Of a DNA stretch of 59,128 nucleotides, positions 40,913 to 53,719 are shown piece by piece. The notes under the pieces were generated by a model. That model saw only the letters and a program-made list of their open reading frames with translations, was not told the origin of the DNA and did no database searches. This DNA comes from Catajapyx aquilonaris (taxonomy: Eukaryota). Made by a program: the position numbers and the translations under genes. Each line of letters begins with the position of its first letter. Positions within the stretch are counted from its first letter, which is position 1. The DNA lies in the NCBI GenBank assembly GCA_000934665.2, contig JYFJ02002323.1, forward strand, positions 1-59,128, read 5' to 3'.

Positions 40913-42449
40913 CACTTCCGTCGCACATCCGGTTTCAGGAAAACAAAAAAACAGACGTAACCAGAAGACATCCAGGTGTACAGCTGAAGCCAATTCGTCG
41001 CTTTCTTTGAGTCCTGTGACAGAATCAGCGTGACTCCTTACCAGCGAGGTGTCCATCAGTGTACCGATCAAATTCCTCCACGAGGCGGAGGGTCACGGGT
41101 GACCTGTGAGACCAAAACGGGAGACATGTACAGGGGGAAGCTGGTTGTGGCGGAAGATAACATGAATTGCATGATGGCCATTATTACCGTCACCTATATA
41201 GGGACGGGAGGGTGGCGCAGCTGGAGAACATCTACATCCGAGGAAGCAGCATCATGTTCATCATCCTCCCCGATATGGTCCAGACCGCCTCGATGTTCTA
41301 TAGGGAGGGGTGGAAGTGGACTGGCGCCGCTGGACGGGGGAAGAGCGCCATCCTCGGAGCACAGGCGGGGTGAGTCGGACACCACTGCTGCTCTTTGCAT
41401 TGTCTCGCATCATGATGAACGCCTGAAATGTGTCCTTTTGCACTAGAGAGTAAACATGCTTGTGGTGCAGTTGCTACCCACTGTCGTCGAGTGAATGGTG
41501 TATGTCAAAATGACCACATCTCAAACACTAGTGTTAGAGCATCTGTAATTAATTGTTTAAAGAGTCTAACTGAACACCGTCAGGAACCAAATGAGCATAA
41601 TGTAGCCTACAGTTAAACTGAATCGACTATGAACTGTTGGAGTAGTAGCACAACTCAAGAAGCTTGAGTCATTGTCCAGTAAATGCCAGCAATGGTTATT
41701 TGGAGACTGATTCATAAGAAAGGCATCTTCATCGCTGGTTAGAGTCAACCCTTGGAGAATTCTAAATACATTTTTGCCTTGCAAAACTGCCTGATAGAGA
41801 CATTATTGGGTGACTGAAGTGAGCGCTCTTATGAGTGTTGCTCAGGTCTGCCATTTTTCACGAACATGTAAAAATATATTACGAAGAAGGAAATTGCGTG
41901 ATGAGTGGGCCACAAAGGTACAGTATCTATGAGATTGCAAGCTGTGTGTGTGAAGCTTGGAGAAATCGGTCAATTAAGTTTAAATGCATTATGATAGGCT
42001 ACGTTATGGTTATTTATATCAGGAAAGAATAGGTCACAGGACAGTCCACACATGATGCGATGATTGGCATGTATTGCACCATCAACCTGTTACTGCAAAA
42101 ATATGATATCCATGAATAGTGCCAGGGCCGAGCTAGAAATGGCAGGCAGGCAAGGGGTTTCTCTGAACAGCAGTATATCCATTACAGCTAAAGTCTTTTG
42201 CAAACCTTCGGGCTCTGTCCTTTGCTGGAGAGTAGGTGTCCAGCTAGTAAACATGCAGGTTTTTAGTAGGCCTAATTATTATTACAGGCACTTTCCAGGA
42301 AATGACCACAAAGGGTTAAAATAGTGTCGGTCCAGTAGAACTGAGGCCTGGTAATGGGACATGAGCCGCCTACTGATGTCTCATGCGTTTTTTGTTAGTT
42401 TCCATGTTGACGACGACGACGACGACGACGACGAGGATGATGATGATGG

Positions 42450-42510
<61 letters not shown>

Positions 42511-43410
42511 CCGGGTAGTGCTTAGACCCCTCTTGGGGTATTGCACGGACCTATATTATTGTCTTAATGTACACTTGTACACGACTGGAACCTTTCGGCG
42601 AAGCGCCCGGGGCTATGGGCAGGGATGAATGCGAGGGGATGTGCAAAGTACAAGTCCAATGTCTGTAACGGTGCATTTTGTGAGCGCCCCTGGGTGGTTA
42701 GTCTCAAGGAATCCCACCCTAAACGAAGCCAGAGATGACGCAACTCTGGACGAGATGAAGGGGAGAAAGCCCGGGCGTGGGATCGAGCCAGGGACCCTTA
42801 CATCTGTGGGCGCGAGCGTTGCCGCAGCGCCACTCCACCTTCCCGTCATGTTGACAATATGACATCAGTAGGCCTACTCGAGTCCTGGTGCTGTAGAGGT
42901 GCACTTCACTTTCCCAAAGTTCATGCAGTGGCTGTTTAAGGTCCAGTTGAACCATTTCAAGAATCACTCTCCACCTGGAAAAGTGGTAAGAAAATGGATA
43001 CCGTCATTCTTGTCAATGAAACAACAGGAGGATATTCAATTGTCCTTTCCAACTAAATGAAGTTGTGCAACTACTAACTAGTGACAAGCTCATGAGAACT
43101 GGTGATTGCGAGCTAATACTGGGCTGTGATGGGGTATGATAGTCCATGTGAGTTTGCCAGCCCACCTTTCTGATCTCTGAGTTTTGATAATGACTTACTG
43201 CGTAAGGAAATTGGTTACCAGAAATCTGCTTCAAGATACATATTTTTTCAATGTTAAAGGAGAGCTCATTGCATTTTAAAAATTTTGAGGTAAAGGATTG
43301 AATTTTCATTATTGACAATTTCCAAAGTAAAATGTGTTCTTTTATATCCAGCTGCTTGTGCCAAAGGTAGAGGACGAGGAAGGCCCTTGGTGGGACCTGG
43401 AAGACGCTGA
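40913..43410 (+). pseudogene. SNRPD3: Unprocessed pseudogene of small nuclear ribonucleoprotein Sm D3
   Basis: 41049-41369 reads (V)[85 protein letters not shown]...[13 protein letters not shown], clearly SmD3. ATG>GTG, -1 at ~41097, +2 at ~41198, +1 at ~41368. Donor GTGAGT at 41370; last exon 43352-43410 after TTCTTTTATATCCAG encodes the RG tail ACAKGRGRGRPLVGPGRR*. Putative 69-nt 5'UTR intron 40976-41044 and ETS motif CACTTCCG at 40913. Confidence 0.93.
42412..42846 (-). mobile_element. SINE family C variant with a different 3' module and (ATC)n tail, inside the SmD3 intron
   Basis: Head and core align to 26862-27075; tail unrelated; 9-bp TSD CATGTTGAC (42403-42411, 42847-42855). Confidence 0.88.
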
Positions 43411-43790
43411 GGATTTTACTGCACCTCGCCAGTTTTGGACAAGTAGGATTCCTCTTTTTTTGAGTGATTAATCGTGTTTGTTTGAGATTTGATGTAGTTA
43501 ATATACGAGTATATACGGAATTGAAGAAAGTTATTAAGAGCGTGGAATATGCGGAAATGATCACAACTAATATTTTTTATTCGCTATAAAATACGCAATG
43601 TGATTTCAGTGCATTGAGTTTCTAATTATTATCAATACCTTGGTTTTCTTAATGTAAAATATCAAGAAATAATTTTTATTTTTGCAATATGAAAGCAATT
43701 GGATTTTGATGACATAGAAATTGAAAATCATGATTGGCTTGTGATAGCACAATATTAATCTCATATAATAATTATTTATTGTGTAACATT

Positions 43791-44223
43791 TGTAACGGTG
43801 CGTCGGGGATAGGTGAGAATAACGTACAAGGGTGGGCTAATAACTAGTATAATTATTACAATATGATACATAAATACAGTGAGAAGGAATAGGAAGGAAG
43901 GAAGGAAGGAAGGACCTGATCAGGCAAAGGATAGGGTGAAAGAGGGCGAGCCCACCAGTCCAACTCCTTTTATATGGAGTCCCTCACTCTGGGGGTCAAG
44001 GGTAGGTGGCTTGGGGGAGGATTGGAAAAGGGTTGCAAGAAGCACGGAGCCTTTAGTCATCCAAGCACAGTGCTTGGATGACTAAAGGCTCCGTGGCAAG
44101 AAGGACGCGGGGTCATGACCCGATAAGTCTATGGAGGAGAGGAGATGGTGAGCTGGACAGGAAGGGACTAATTAGCAGGAGGGGGAAGGTGGGTGGTGAG
44201 GAAGGACTGGTATATACATTACA
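43791..44223 (-). mobile_element. Possible solo LTR
   Basis: TGTAA...TTACA ends, ~430 bp, purine-skewed and GC-richer than flanks, TATAAA on the minus strand at ~43970; no convincing TSD. Confidence 0.4.
44043..44095. mobile_element. 53-bp perfect palindromic micro-MITE with an 8-bp TSD (P- or hAT-like)
   Basis: GCAAGAAG|CACGGAGCCTTTAGTCATCCAAGCAC-A-GTGCTTGGATGACTAAAGGCTCCGTG|GCAAGAAG. Confidence 0.85.
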
Positions 44224-44974
44224 TATATTTAATTTTTCTGCTACACTGTGACAATTATGACAACATGGTAATCTACTGTACAGTATGTTGCAGGTAATAA
44301 ATCAGTTGTGTGATTTTTGTAAGAATCAACTCCTGTACCTGAACACCCCCTTTGCAATTCTTATTATCCTTATTTGGGTAATTCCTTTGTACTTTACTCC
44401 ACTGAACAATGTTAATATCTGCCGGAACTGACAGTTTGTGGGCAGTCTGCATGGCAGTAGTAGTCTTTACATTATTTTCTCTGGTGTGACAGGTCACGAG
44501 AAGTCCTTCCACATGTTAAGTTCGGATCACTTCAGTGCTGGAATATCTAGCGAAGATTGCTATACTGGTAGCATGAAACACGATATGCCATATAGAGTGG
44601 TGCAGAATTGGTGCACTTCCTAAAAGGAAAATAGGCACATGTGGCAACTTATTCATTGTAGAGTCAATGGATGTTACGTTTTGTTCACCAAAGCTGTGTC
44701 AGGGAAACTCCCAAGCATCCGTAGGCCTACTACATGGGCTACATTGGACATTATGCACTTTGATGCAGCTAATTGCAGTGCCCTGCCTACTGCACCTTCA
44801 AAGAGTCAACCCATTCTCACTGACCTGCTAGCACCCTTGTGACAATCCCACCAGACAATGAACCAGCCCTTTTATAGATGCAAGATGCCACACCAATCAA
44901 ATGGAGTAACATGACATTGTAGGCTACATAAAACAATATGGTAAGCTGAGTACCTGACTACAAAAGGAGTTATT

Positions 44975-45215
44975 AAAGGGGAACCAAGAAGAGACTGCGG
45001 GGACTAGGTGCGTTTTTCCAACTTTTCAGTCCCCCCCCCCTCCCCACCTCCCCACCTCCCCAGCCCCTATGTTTACCATGTTAGATAAGTAGAGTAGCCA
45101 GGTGGGGATTTTTTTTCAACGTGGATGTGGGGTATTCCGGGTTCCTTTTGTGTCTGGCAACTCTACTTCAAACCCCCAGAAAACCCATTCAGTCTTTTCT
45201 TGGACGGCCTATACT
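44975..45215 (-). repeat. Old interspersed repeat fragment, homolog of 19200-19400; TTAA-AGGGG end is Kolobok-like
   Basis: Shared colinear motifs; TTAAAGGGGAAC at ~44974. Superfamily is a guess. Confidence 0.5.
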
Positions 45216-45258
45216 TCCTGTGGCAATAGCTTATCTGCTATGGCAACATATTACAGTA

Positions 45259-45393
45259 CAATGGTGGAAATTAATGGAGAAGCACAAGTATATCCTCCTG
45301 GCAGAGTTTTTCCTTTACATGAAGTAGCTTCATGTAAAGGAAAAGCTTCGCCAGGAGGCAATACTTGTGCTTCTCCATTAATTTCCACCATTG
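45259..45393. mobile_element. 135-bp palindromic MITE, TA-flanked
   Basis: TA|CAATGGTGGAAATTAATGGAGAAGCACAAGTAT ... ATACTTGTGCTTCTCCATTAATTTCCACCATTG|TA. Confidence 0.85.
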
Positions 45394-46024
45394 TACACAC
45401 TATGCTATTGTGGGTAAATCTCTAATGAAGCTCAGAAATTCATTCATTGATTGTAACAACTGGAGACAATAATTTTAGTATCGTTGTCTCTGCTCTTTTT
45501 TGCACAACTGGTGTAGGGAACAGTTGAAGTGTACTGTGGAAAATATTGGTAGTCTTCACTTTACACATGGTAAAGGCGGGCAATAAATTATGAATGCAAT
45601 TGCTCAATGTCATCACACCTGGTTTTATCTCTCTCACACCAAATTTTCTTGTTATATTTTAACTAATGTTTTTACTTTTCATGATATAAAAACAATAAGA
45701 TTCATTTTACGCAAATTTTCTCATGCCATACCCTGCAAAAAGTAATATTATCGTGGTATTGCAACATGTTTTATTGCATCTTGCACATGAGCAAGATGGT
45801 GCAGCAATCATACAATATTTCAAAATTCCTCGTGCATGTACAGGAGGTTTAAGATATTTAAGGTCAAGGGTTGGACCCATTTTGACGTGAATACGTCTAT
45901 AAAATCGAATCCGTAACGAAAAAGAGTTACAGTCAGGGCCCTGCCAGGGGGGCCTGGGCAAGGTCTACTATATCCGAGGTGGCGTGTGAGCGTTAGTCAG
46001 GGCCCTGCCAGGGGTGACAAACTG

Positions 46025-46183
46025 ACCATGCATGTGTTCAGATTTTAGGGTCACCATGCATGTGTCCAGACTTTACGGTCAGTATGCATGTATCCAGACT
46101 TTACGATCAGCATGCATTGTCCGGACTTTAGGGTCACCATGAATGTGTCCAGACGTTACGGTCACCATGTATGTGTCCAGTCT
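46025..46183. repeat. 28-bp minisatellite, ~5.7 units
   Basis: Consensus ACCATGCATGTGTCCAGACTTTACGGTC repeated head to tail with no spacers. Confidence 0.9.
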
Positions 46184-46425
46184 TCAATACTGATAACAAA
46201 CAATCAATTTACTCCCCCCAATACTGATCCGATTTTAAAGAAGTATTCACGTCAAAAGCTGCGGCTTGTGTCCTCGACTGCTCGACACAACCTAATGTAT
46301 TTTTTTTCTAAGCCTACACCATCATGCACGAGCTTAAAATGATGTCCCAATTGAACTAGTTTTGCTTCAAATTTAAGCAGAAAATCAAAAGATTTCAATA
46401 TGCCACTAATCTTAATTTTATGCTC

Positions 46426-46431
<6 letters not shown>

Positions 46432-46500
<69 letters not shown>
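46432..46500. repeat. (TAT)n microsatellite
   Basis: Direct tandem repeat. Confidence 0.95.
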
Positions 46501-46501
<1 letters not shown>

Positions 46502-49500
46502 CAATAACACATTGCAATTGTGTCATTAACACAACAAGAGGTTTACCATTTCCAAATACCGCATTGCAGTGTCATAATTATGTAGCATCACTAAATGTTT
46601 AGCATCGATCTAAATTGATTAGCAGCACTTTGTAATTGAATCTCCAATCCGGTATTGGACTCGTCATTTATGTCAGGCCTTTTAGTTTCGTTGTGAATAT
46701 GCCGTTAGCCATGTACTGTACCCATACATTATTATTCTCTTTTTGTAATTCGACAAATCCTATCGCAGGTGTATGAAATTGTGATACAGCAGCCCAAAAA
46801 CTGCCTATTTCTGGACTTGAAAACAACTTGAACAGGATGATCGGTTATTTACATGACTTCAAACTTGGAAAAACGACAATTCTCTCATTCTTTTGAGCGC
46901 TGTGACCAAGTCGTAATGGCTTTGATGTTGTCCCCTGGAAGCCATATACTGATCATCTCAACGGTGACTGAAAAGGGTGATTATATAGCCGCATCTTTCC
47001 CCGCGGGGAAATAATCCTGGTAATTTTTGGCAACTGTTTGCACATCAGGATATAAAGTGATTTAACGCTCTGGCCATCAATGCATTTAACGACTCCAAAT
47101 CCTCCCTCTGCTCAAAAGCTGCCACCGTGGCGCCTGACCAGTCACTGACGAACAGCGACGCCAGCAGTTGACAAAATTACCATGTTAGCGCACCCACATA
47201 GGCTACTGCACCATGTTATAATAATATAAACTTAAAGGAAACCCGCCTGACAAATATTCGTTGGGTTTTCATATTAAAACTTAAATCTAATATGCAACAA
47301 GTCCGAGCTTCCCTATAATATCATATGAATTATTGAATCTCACTAATTCATGTCAATTGGAAAAGTTGCGAAATACCGGTGTGAATGTCGCAATTTTGCA
47401 CTTTTTCTGTTTACATGGCGGCAAAAAAAAACTTGCTCTAAAAGCTAGGCGGGCCTGACAGTGCAAATGGCGTTGATTACACTAATTAAAAATTTTAGTG
47501 ACATAATCAATTTAGGCTGCTTGAATCCGTATAGAACATGCAGAATTCATCCCTGATCCACTCTGAATTCTACAACAATACAATCTTTGACCAGACTGAC
47601 AGTACAATGTAGGTATAGATACTGTTTATTGCATGCTTAGTCCTGCAGAGAGAATGATGTGGTCAGCTTCAGTGAAAAATGGGGCCGCAGGTCGAGCAGA
47701 GCTGAGCTAAGCTGCTCTGCCGCAGTGTCTGCCTGCATGGATCAACAAAAATGTCTACTTTTCGCCTGCAAACTTTGTGGCAGGGGGCTCGATGTGGGTG
47801 GATGGGTGGAATAGGTGCTTTTCTCTACTTGTGTAGAATATACAGGCGGCATGACGCCCATTTGTTTATTAGACCAACTATTCCGAATGAAATTATGACA
47901 ATACAGGCAAGGGCTTAGAAAAGGGTAACAATTCTTAGGCTGCAACACCTTCAGAAATGAATGTAAAAGTGACGCATTCTGGGTTCCTATATCGCGTGCC
48001 AGATACCAAAAAGAACGTGTCAGGTACAGAAGAACGAAGGGTTTTTTTTCCCCTATGACTTTCTCCCTATCAACTTGATCGATTCTCGCTTGCAAAGCGA
48101 GCACTTTCTTTTCTTATTTTCAATCAAAAGTCACTCTACAGGAAATGTCTGCGTTTGTAGTTTAGAAGAAATTTGAGTTTTACCTCGATTGATTTCTCGC
48201 TTTTTTTTTCTTCTTTTTTCTTTACCAAAGAGGGAACTCGCATATAATCCATTATGACGGCTGAGTACATAGCCACCTTTTTTTTCTTCAAAGTAAAGTT
48301 ATGCATAGTTCCACTAGCTTTCTCGTCAGAACCATTCTATTGATTATAGCCTAACGGAAGTGACCAAGAAATCCAAGAAATTGGTATACTTGCCCTGACA
48401 TTTGGATGAAGTCAATATGCTAACAGGGTGTGGCTAGCTATCACGTGACTACAGAATTGGTCCTACAATAGCACGCCACTACAGGGTGTTCATGAATCCA
48501 TCTATGGAAGAAACAGCCAGTGCTGCTAATGCAGACAAAAAAATATTGAATGGAAAGGAAAGTGCTGGCAGTTTCGGAAAAAACAGTCTGACCGTAAAAG
48601 TGGATCTTAGCCATTAACTAGCCATAGCAATGTTCAGTCATCCTTTCATATTCTGACAACTAAGAGGTGTGCTGTAGTGCTGTAGCGTACCCAGAGGCAA
48701 GAATGCTCGCATTCATCCCTGCAAGAACCATCAACCCCGTGTGATCACACTCATTCAACTCTGCTCTCAACTCATTCCAAACTTCATAATTCCCCTTCAC
48801 GAGCAGAATATTCAACCGGAGCACAAACCGCCGCCAGTAATAGCTGCAGTACTTTCACCTTGAGTTGCGTCCATAAGGATTCGTCCGACCTTTTTTTCCC
48901 CCATAGTCTGTGAATGCACCAATTCATGCCATACTAAAAAGAACTTTCGCAGGCCTTTGTCACGAGCTCTGTCGCCTGTTTTCGCATCTGTTCAAATCAT
49001 GCCTTTTCATTCGATGGCTACAGCATATGTTGGGAGCAGGCCGCAGGATTTTAGGGGGTGTTCGGTTAGCGTCACATATTCGGTATAACTTGTACACGTC
49101 CATATATTATAACATATGAAAAAGCAAAGTTTAACACTATTATTTCACTCGAGCATGTTTATGGGCAACCCAGTTGTGAGCGTTTTAGCAACGTTCCAAA
49201 ATATTTATGTGTTTGCCCATTTTGCAAAAAATCTCAGCGGTTCATTACAAAATAAAAGAGAACCATCAGCATACGCCAAGTTGAGTTGAAATGGTCTACC
49301 AGCCTAAAATTTATTCTCTCTTTCATTTGAGTGATTTGAGTAAACGTCGGATGAGCATAATAAATGAGGAAATGATAATGTTTTTATTTGCCATGCTCTG
49401 GATATTTACGACTGGAAGCTGGAATCGCTTGGAATGACTCTCTCCCAAATCCAAACGTTCTCAATACTCCCGTAGCGGATTCTGCCTCCATTGTCTATAG

Positions 49501-50824
49501 CCTATTGATTCGAACATAAAACATGGGCCACCTGCGAACAATGGAACCCATTATTTTTTAAATACTGCCTGAAATGAAGGAGGCCTGAGGCCCACCCTTG
49601 AATGAGCCAAAAGATCATTCGGAATGAAAGCAGTCTTCCTGGCTGGACCCTAAATTGAACTAGTACAAGGCCCTAATGACGAGCGGTTCTCTTGAAAAAA
49701 AAAAATGCGCGTCAATATAATTTTGAAAAGATGATGGGAAACTGGAAAGTTTTGTGCAACGCCAGCTCTGAAGCCATTATCCTGCAGTGTAGCATCGTCA
49801 CACTGATATTACATTCTGGCGGCGCTTTACTAAGGCCTTGGGCTCGCCCCTTCTTGGAGTAATTTAAACTTTAGCGCTTACAAAGATCGCGGCCCTCGCC
49901 GCAACTGTCACACAGCATTCCTGCCATAATTCCCATCGTAAGCCCTTCATTCGGCTCCCATTCGCAACTTGGGCGGTTCATCTCTGGCCTGCACTAATCA
50001 TAAAGTACACCCCCCTCTCCTTCCTTTTTCCTCCCATACCTTTCTTGCCTCTCAACTTTGACTGTCCTCTCGTATCCTCAGCACCTGAGTTGGGTTCCCA
50101 GACCGGTTGTAAAACTAGGCACCATTTCCCGCCCCAAACTTGAATTTCGCACCTAAATGGCATTGCCTCCGCTAATGTATGCAGTCAGCCATAATGCGTC
50201 TGTTTAAGAAGAAAGAGAGGATCCTTAACTTCTAGGGTTCAACATTGGTACAATATGCGCAAATACTAAAACATAGAGCTGGAGGCCATCAACTGGTCAT
50301 TTGAATTTCACGTGTGGCTGGAACCATTGTGCAAACTGTCCCGTGGGAAGAGGAAACCAATGAAAACCGTTCGTGGAACATCGCCCCCCATGTAGTCAGA
50401 AGATGGTGGGGCTATATTGCATGGATGAGAAGCAAGTCGTCCAATTCTCAGCTGCAAGTGCTGGAGACAGGCGGCACGTAATGAAGGAAAAGACCGTAAT
50501 TAAAATTCTAATGAAGGTGACGAACAGATTCGGGGAAGCGGCGCCTGTTTTACTCCTGATTAGCATCCCTTTGCCTTAACTGACAAATGATAATATCTTT
50601 GATCGGGTCAATTTTTCTCCCCCGGTTCTACCCGACGCTTCTAATTCACAAGTTTGCTCGGCAGCTTCCTTTTACTAAACGGACCTGCTTTCAAATGGAT
50701 CAGCTCCCATGATTCACTCAGGTTCCTCATTATTTGACATACAATGGTTTAACATCACAGCTGTTGGTTGAAGGCCAGGAAAACATCATGGCATTAACCC
50801 AGATATGCCTACAGTTCTATATTA

Positions 50825-51064
50825 CAGGGTGTTCCAAGTTCGTGGGTCGTTTTTTGTTATCACTGATATTGTCCGAAGCTGTTATTTTTGTGTAGCTTGT
50901 TGTTCCCAGATCCAGATGCCTCAGTACTATCAGGTGGTCGAATGTAGCAGTGGCTATATAATAGGGCAACTGATTAGGGGCACAACAAGGAACAAAAAAC
51001 AGTTCGAGCGAAATTTCCTTAACAATAACTATTATAAAAGGCCCCACAAACTTCGAATACCCTG
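50825..51064. mobile_element. Older Tc1/mariner-type MITE, TA TSD
   Basis: TA|CAGGGTGTTCCAAGTTCGTGGG ... CCCACAAACTTCGAATACCCTG|TA; weaker internal pairing. Confidence 0.8.
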
Positions 51065-52048
51065 TATAGGACACTTGTACAGTTAGAATTTTGGTCATTA
51101 TGTTGCTCATAATTATTAAAGAAAAATAATTTAAAAGCTAAACAAAAAGGAATCTGGGTTAATATGTTCAAGTCTTGACTTGCCAGGGGAATAACTTAAA
51201 TTGATCCACATTGTCCACCATCTTGACAGTAACTATCTCTGTTGCCCCTATTGGCCAGGGAGGACAGTGATGGCGACTAGGCCTAGGGGCACGCAACGGG
51301 GATTTTCAGGGTGATGAGTGCTACTCAGTCCCCCCTCTCTGTTGGGGATGAAACGGGGTGTCGCTTCCCGCAGAGCCCTTGGCCACTTGGCTTCCCAGGT
51401 AATCTATTATTCACTGGTCTGTAATTCCAATCCCACGTTTTAATTTGTTTTTGCACTGGAATTTGTTTGAGTTGTGAATAAATCCGGGGAGCGAGAAATG
51501 CGACGCTGGACGCCACGCTGGATTCGGGTTTTGTGCTATGGGAACAGTATCAAAGAGCGCCCGGTTTTATAGGGGTTTGTAATTGTGTGATGCTATGCAT
51601 ACTCCTTGTTTTGTAAGGTCTGCTCAGATATGGATCACGACGTTCAGGATGAAATAATTACCTTTGTGCTAGCCGAGCACGTATAAGAACTTTTATACCT
51701 ATGATCCGCCTGAAATATTATGCAGCTTTCATGGGCCGTTTGGTGGCCCATCTTCCTCTCACCTGTTGAGTATTCTACAGCCATCTGCTTCCACTCTTTT
51801 CTCTTAAGACTGCCCAAATGTACCGTGCTGTTGTATTACACAAGTGTTTAGATACAAATTGTTGCAAGCACTAATGAAATCTTAAAATACTGCTGCTCAC
51901 TGTTGTTGGTGATTAATTCTTATCATCTGGGATAGCTGGTTTTCTTTAAACTGGTTTTTGAGATAAGCACTTCCTAACATCAGTCCAAACTGTGAACTTG
52001 GACAGTGCACCATTCTATAATTATACAGAGTGACTTGCGCCCTGATTA

Positions 52049-52335
52049 TCTATATAAATAAAGCCGTTTGTGAGTCTGTCTGTCTGTCTCTCTGTTTGTC
52101 TGTCCGCCTGCCAACCGTCATTTGCCTGCCATCTGTGCTCCACCCCTAGGCCGGGAGAGAATGCAGGTGTTGGGGGGTTGACTACAGATGGCAGGCAAAT
52201 GACGGTTGCCGTTATACAGGCGGGAGAAGTTGAAGGTGGAGTAGCAGGACCACATATGGCATTGACTGGGCTACAACTGGCAGGTGTTTTCCCTTCATTC
52301 ATTTCTTCCCGGGCAACGCCGGATGCCGCAGCTAG
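52049..52335 (+). mobile_element. Non-autonomous Helitron
   Basis: A|TCTATATAAATAAAG start, (TCTG)n tract, 3' hairpin CCGGGCAACGCCGG, CTAG|T end, no TSD; internal 25-bp perfect inverted repeat 52112-52136 / 52184-52208. Confidence 0.85.
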
Positions 52336-53719
52336 TAATAAATAAAACTAGCATTGTTTCTTATGTTGGAAGAACTACTTGTAGCCTACTAGCACGAATT
52401 GTATATGCCCGACTACATTTTCGAAATGGGAGTCTTCCGTGGGTGTCAATGGCACGGATTGATTTTTTTAGCAAAAGAGTCCAACAAAAGTGTGCATACC
52501 TACAGGTTGCATCGATTTTCTTTTTGCCTGCAGTAGGCCTATCTCCGGACTAGGGGTGGGTTTTGTGAGATTACAATACCTAACGGACTGTAAGCTGGGG
52601 CAAATTCAAATGGAACTTTGTGACCAAGATCGCGTCTATAGCTCTCTCTGAAATTAAAGTTGTATTGCAGGCCTACATAATTATTTAAATTAACTTTAAT
52701 GATTATGTGCAGAAAATCGGTGCATGTTAAAACAACAGTACTAGGCCTACAGAAAAATAATACATTCACTGGCAAAGTCCTACATGCTCTCTTACTGGTG
52801 AAACCCAGAAGTCATGTAACATGCTTAAAAATATGCTCGTTAAAGAGCAATTAAATTAAATTATATGCCAGATACCTCACCAACAGCACATCCCAGTTGT
52901 TGTTGTACTTCTTGTAACTATGGTAAACGCGATATCTGTTGCCTGCCGGCTACGTCTGTAAACAATTGAGATGTGTGCAACCCGTTTATCCAATAAAGGC
53001 TCTCTCATCTCCCAAGCAAAAGCCGGCTCCCTTGCTAAACCTGGTAAACAGTAATGTAATGAACATGATACTAACGCTCATGAACGAGGTTCGCCGAGCA
53101 CATAATTTTCTTTGGGGCCATTTTGCTTAGGCCCCCCAGCTTGCAATGGGTTCGGAAAGGCTTGCAGAATAGTGAGCAATTAGCCAAGAGTGATGTTTGC
53201 CAAGTAGATGTAGGGCCCTTGGAGACGTACAGAACATCCAGGAGGATGAAAAAGCATCTCTGGGTGGGTGGGTGGGTGCAGTGTGGGTGCAGTGTGGGGT
53301 TGGACAAGCCATCATCCATCAGCACGAGTGGGCAGCGCTGAGTGAGACTCCGTGTCTACTGACAGGGAGGCCATGTCACATCCCTTTTCTCCCTCTCCCC
53401 ACTCACGCGAATACCAAACCCTGCCGAAGAGGCACACCAGCGCCCCCAAACTTCATCATTCAGAAGTCTCTTTAGCACACACCCGCTCATTTGCACCACT
53501 TGTGCTCGGACCATTTTAGTCAAGCCAGACCAGGGAAGCGCCATATCATTTCTTGTAAGGTTGTGTTAACTTACACGATTGTCCTAGATGCAGGTTGGGA
53601 CAGCGTGTGCCTATAGCAAACCTCGTATATGGTGTTAAAAGTCTGCAAGATCAATTATAAGCGCTGCCAGTATTTATGTCAAAAAAATGGTCGATATTTT
53701 GATGCTATGACTCCGTAGA

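Noticed and set aside
42094..42974. Antizyme (Oda) identity for the antisense blocks (WRVIL...L...P...L.E and DRAR...FS..G...V...PL resemble antizyme spacing)
   Set aside because: The best-conserved antizyme core (SK.SF..LLE[F/Y]AEE) is absent, spacing is too short and that frame has a stop; probably chance.
43120..43185. Intronic C/D box snoRNA (GTGATGG...CTGA)
   Set aside because: Imperfect C box, no terminal stem and no rRNA complementarity I can recognise.
43013..43564. 183-aa minus-strand ORF, the longest in the track
   Set aside because: No recognisable domain; it runs antisense across the SmD3 last exon and AT-rich intron/UTR sequence.
46025..46183. CRISPR-like array
   Set aside because: Units are contiguous with no unique spacers, the context is eukaryotic and there are no cas genes; it is a minisatellite.
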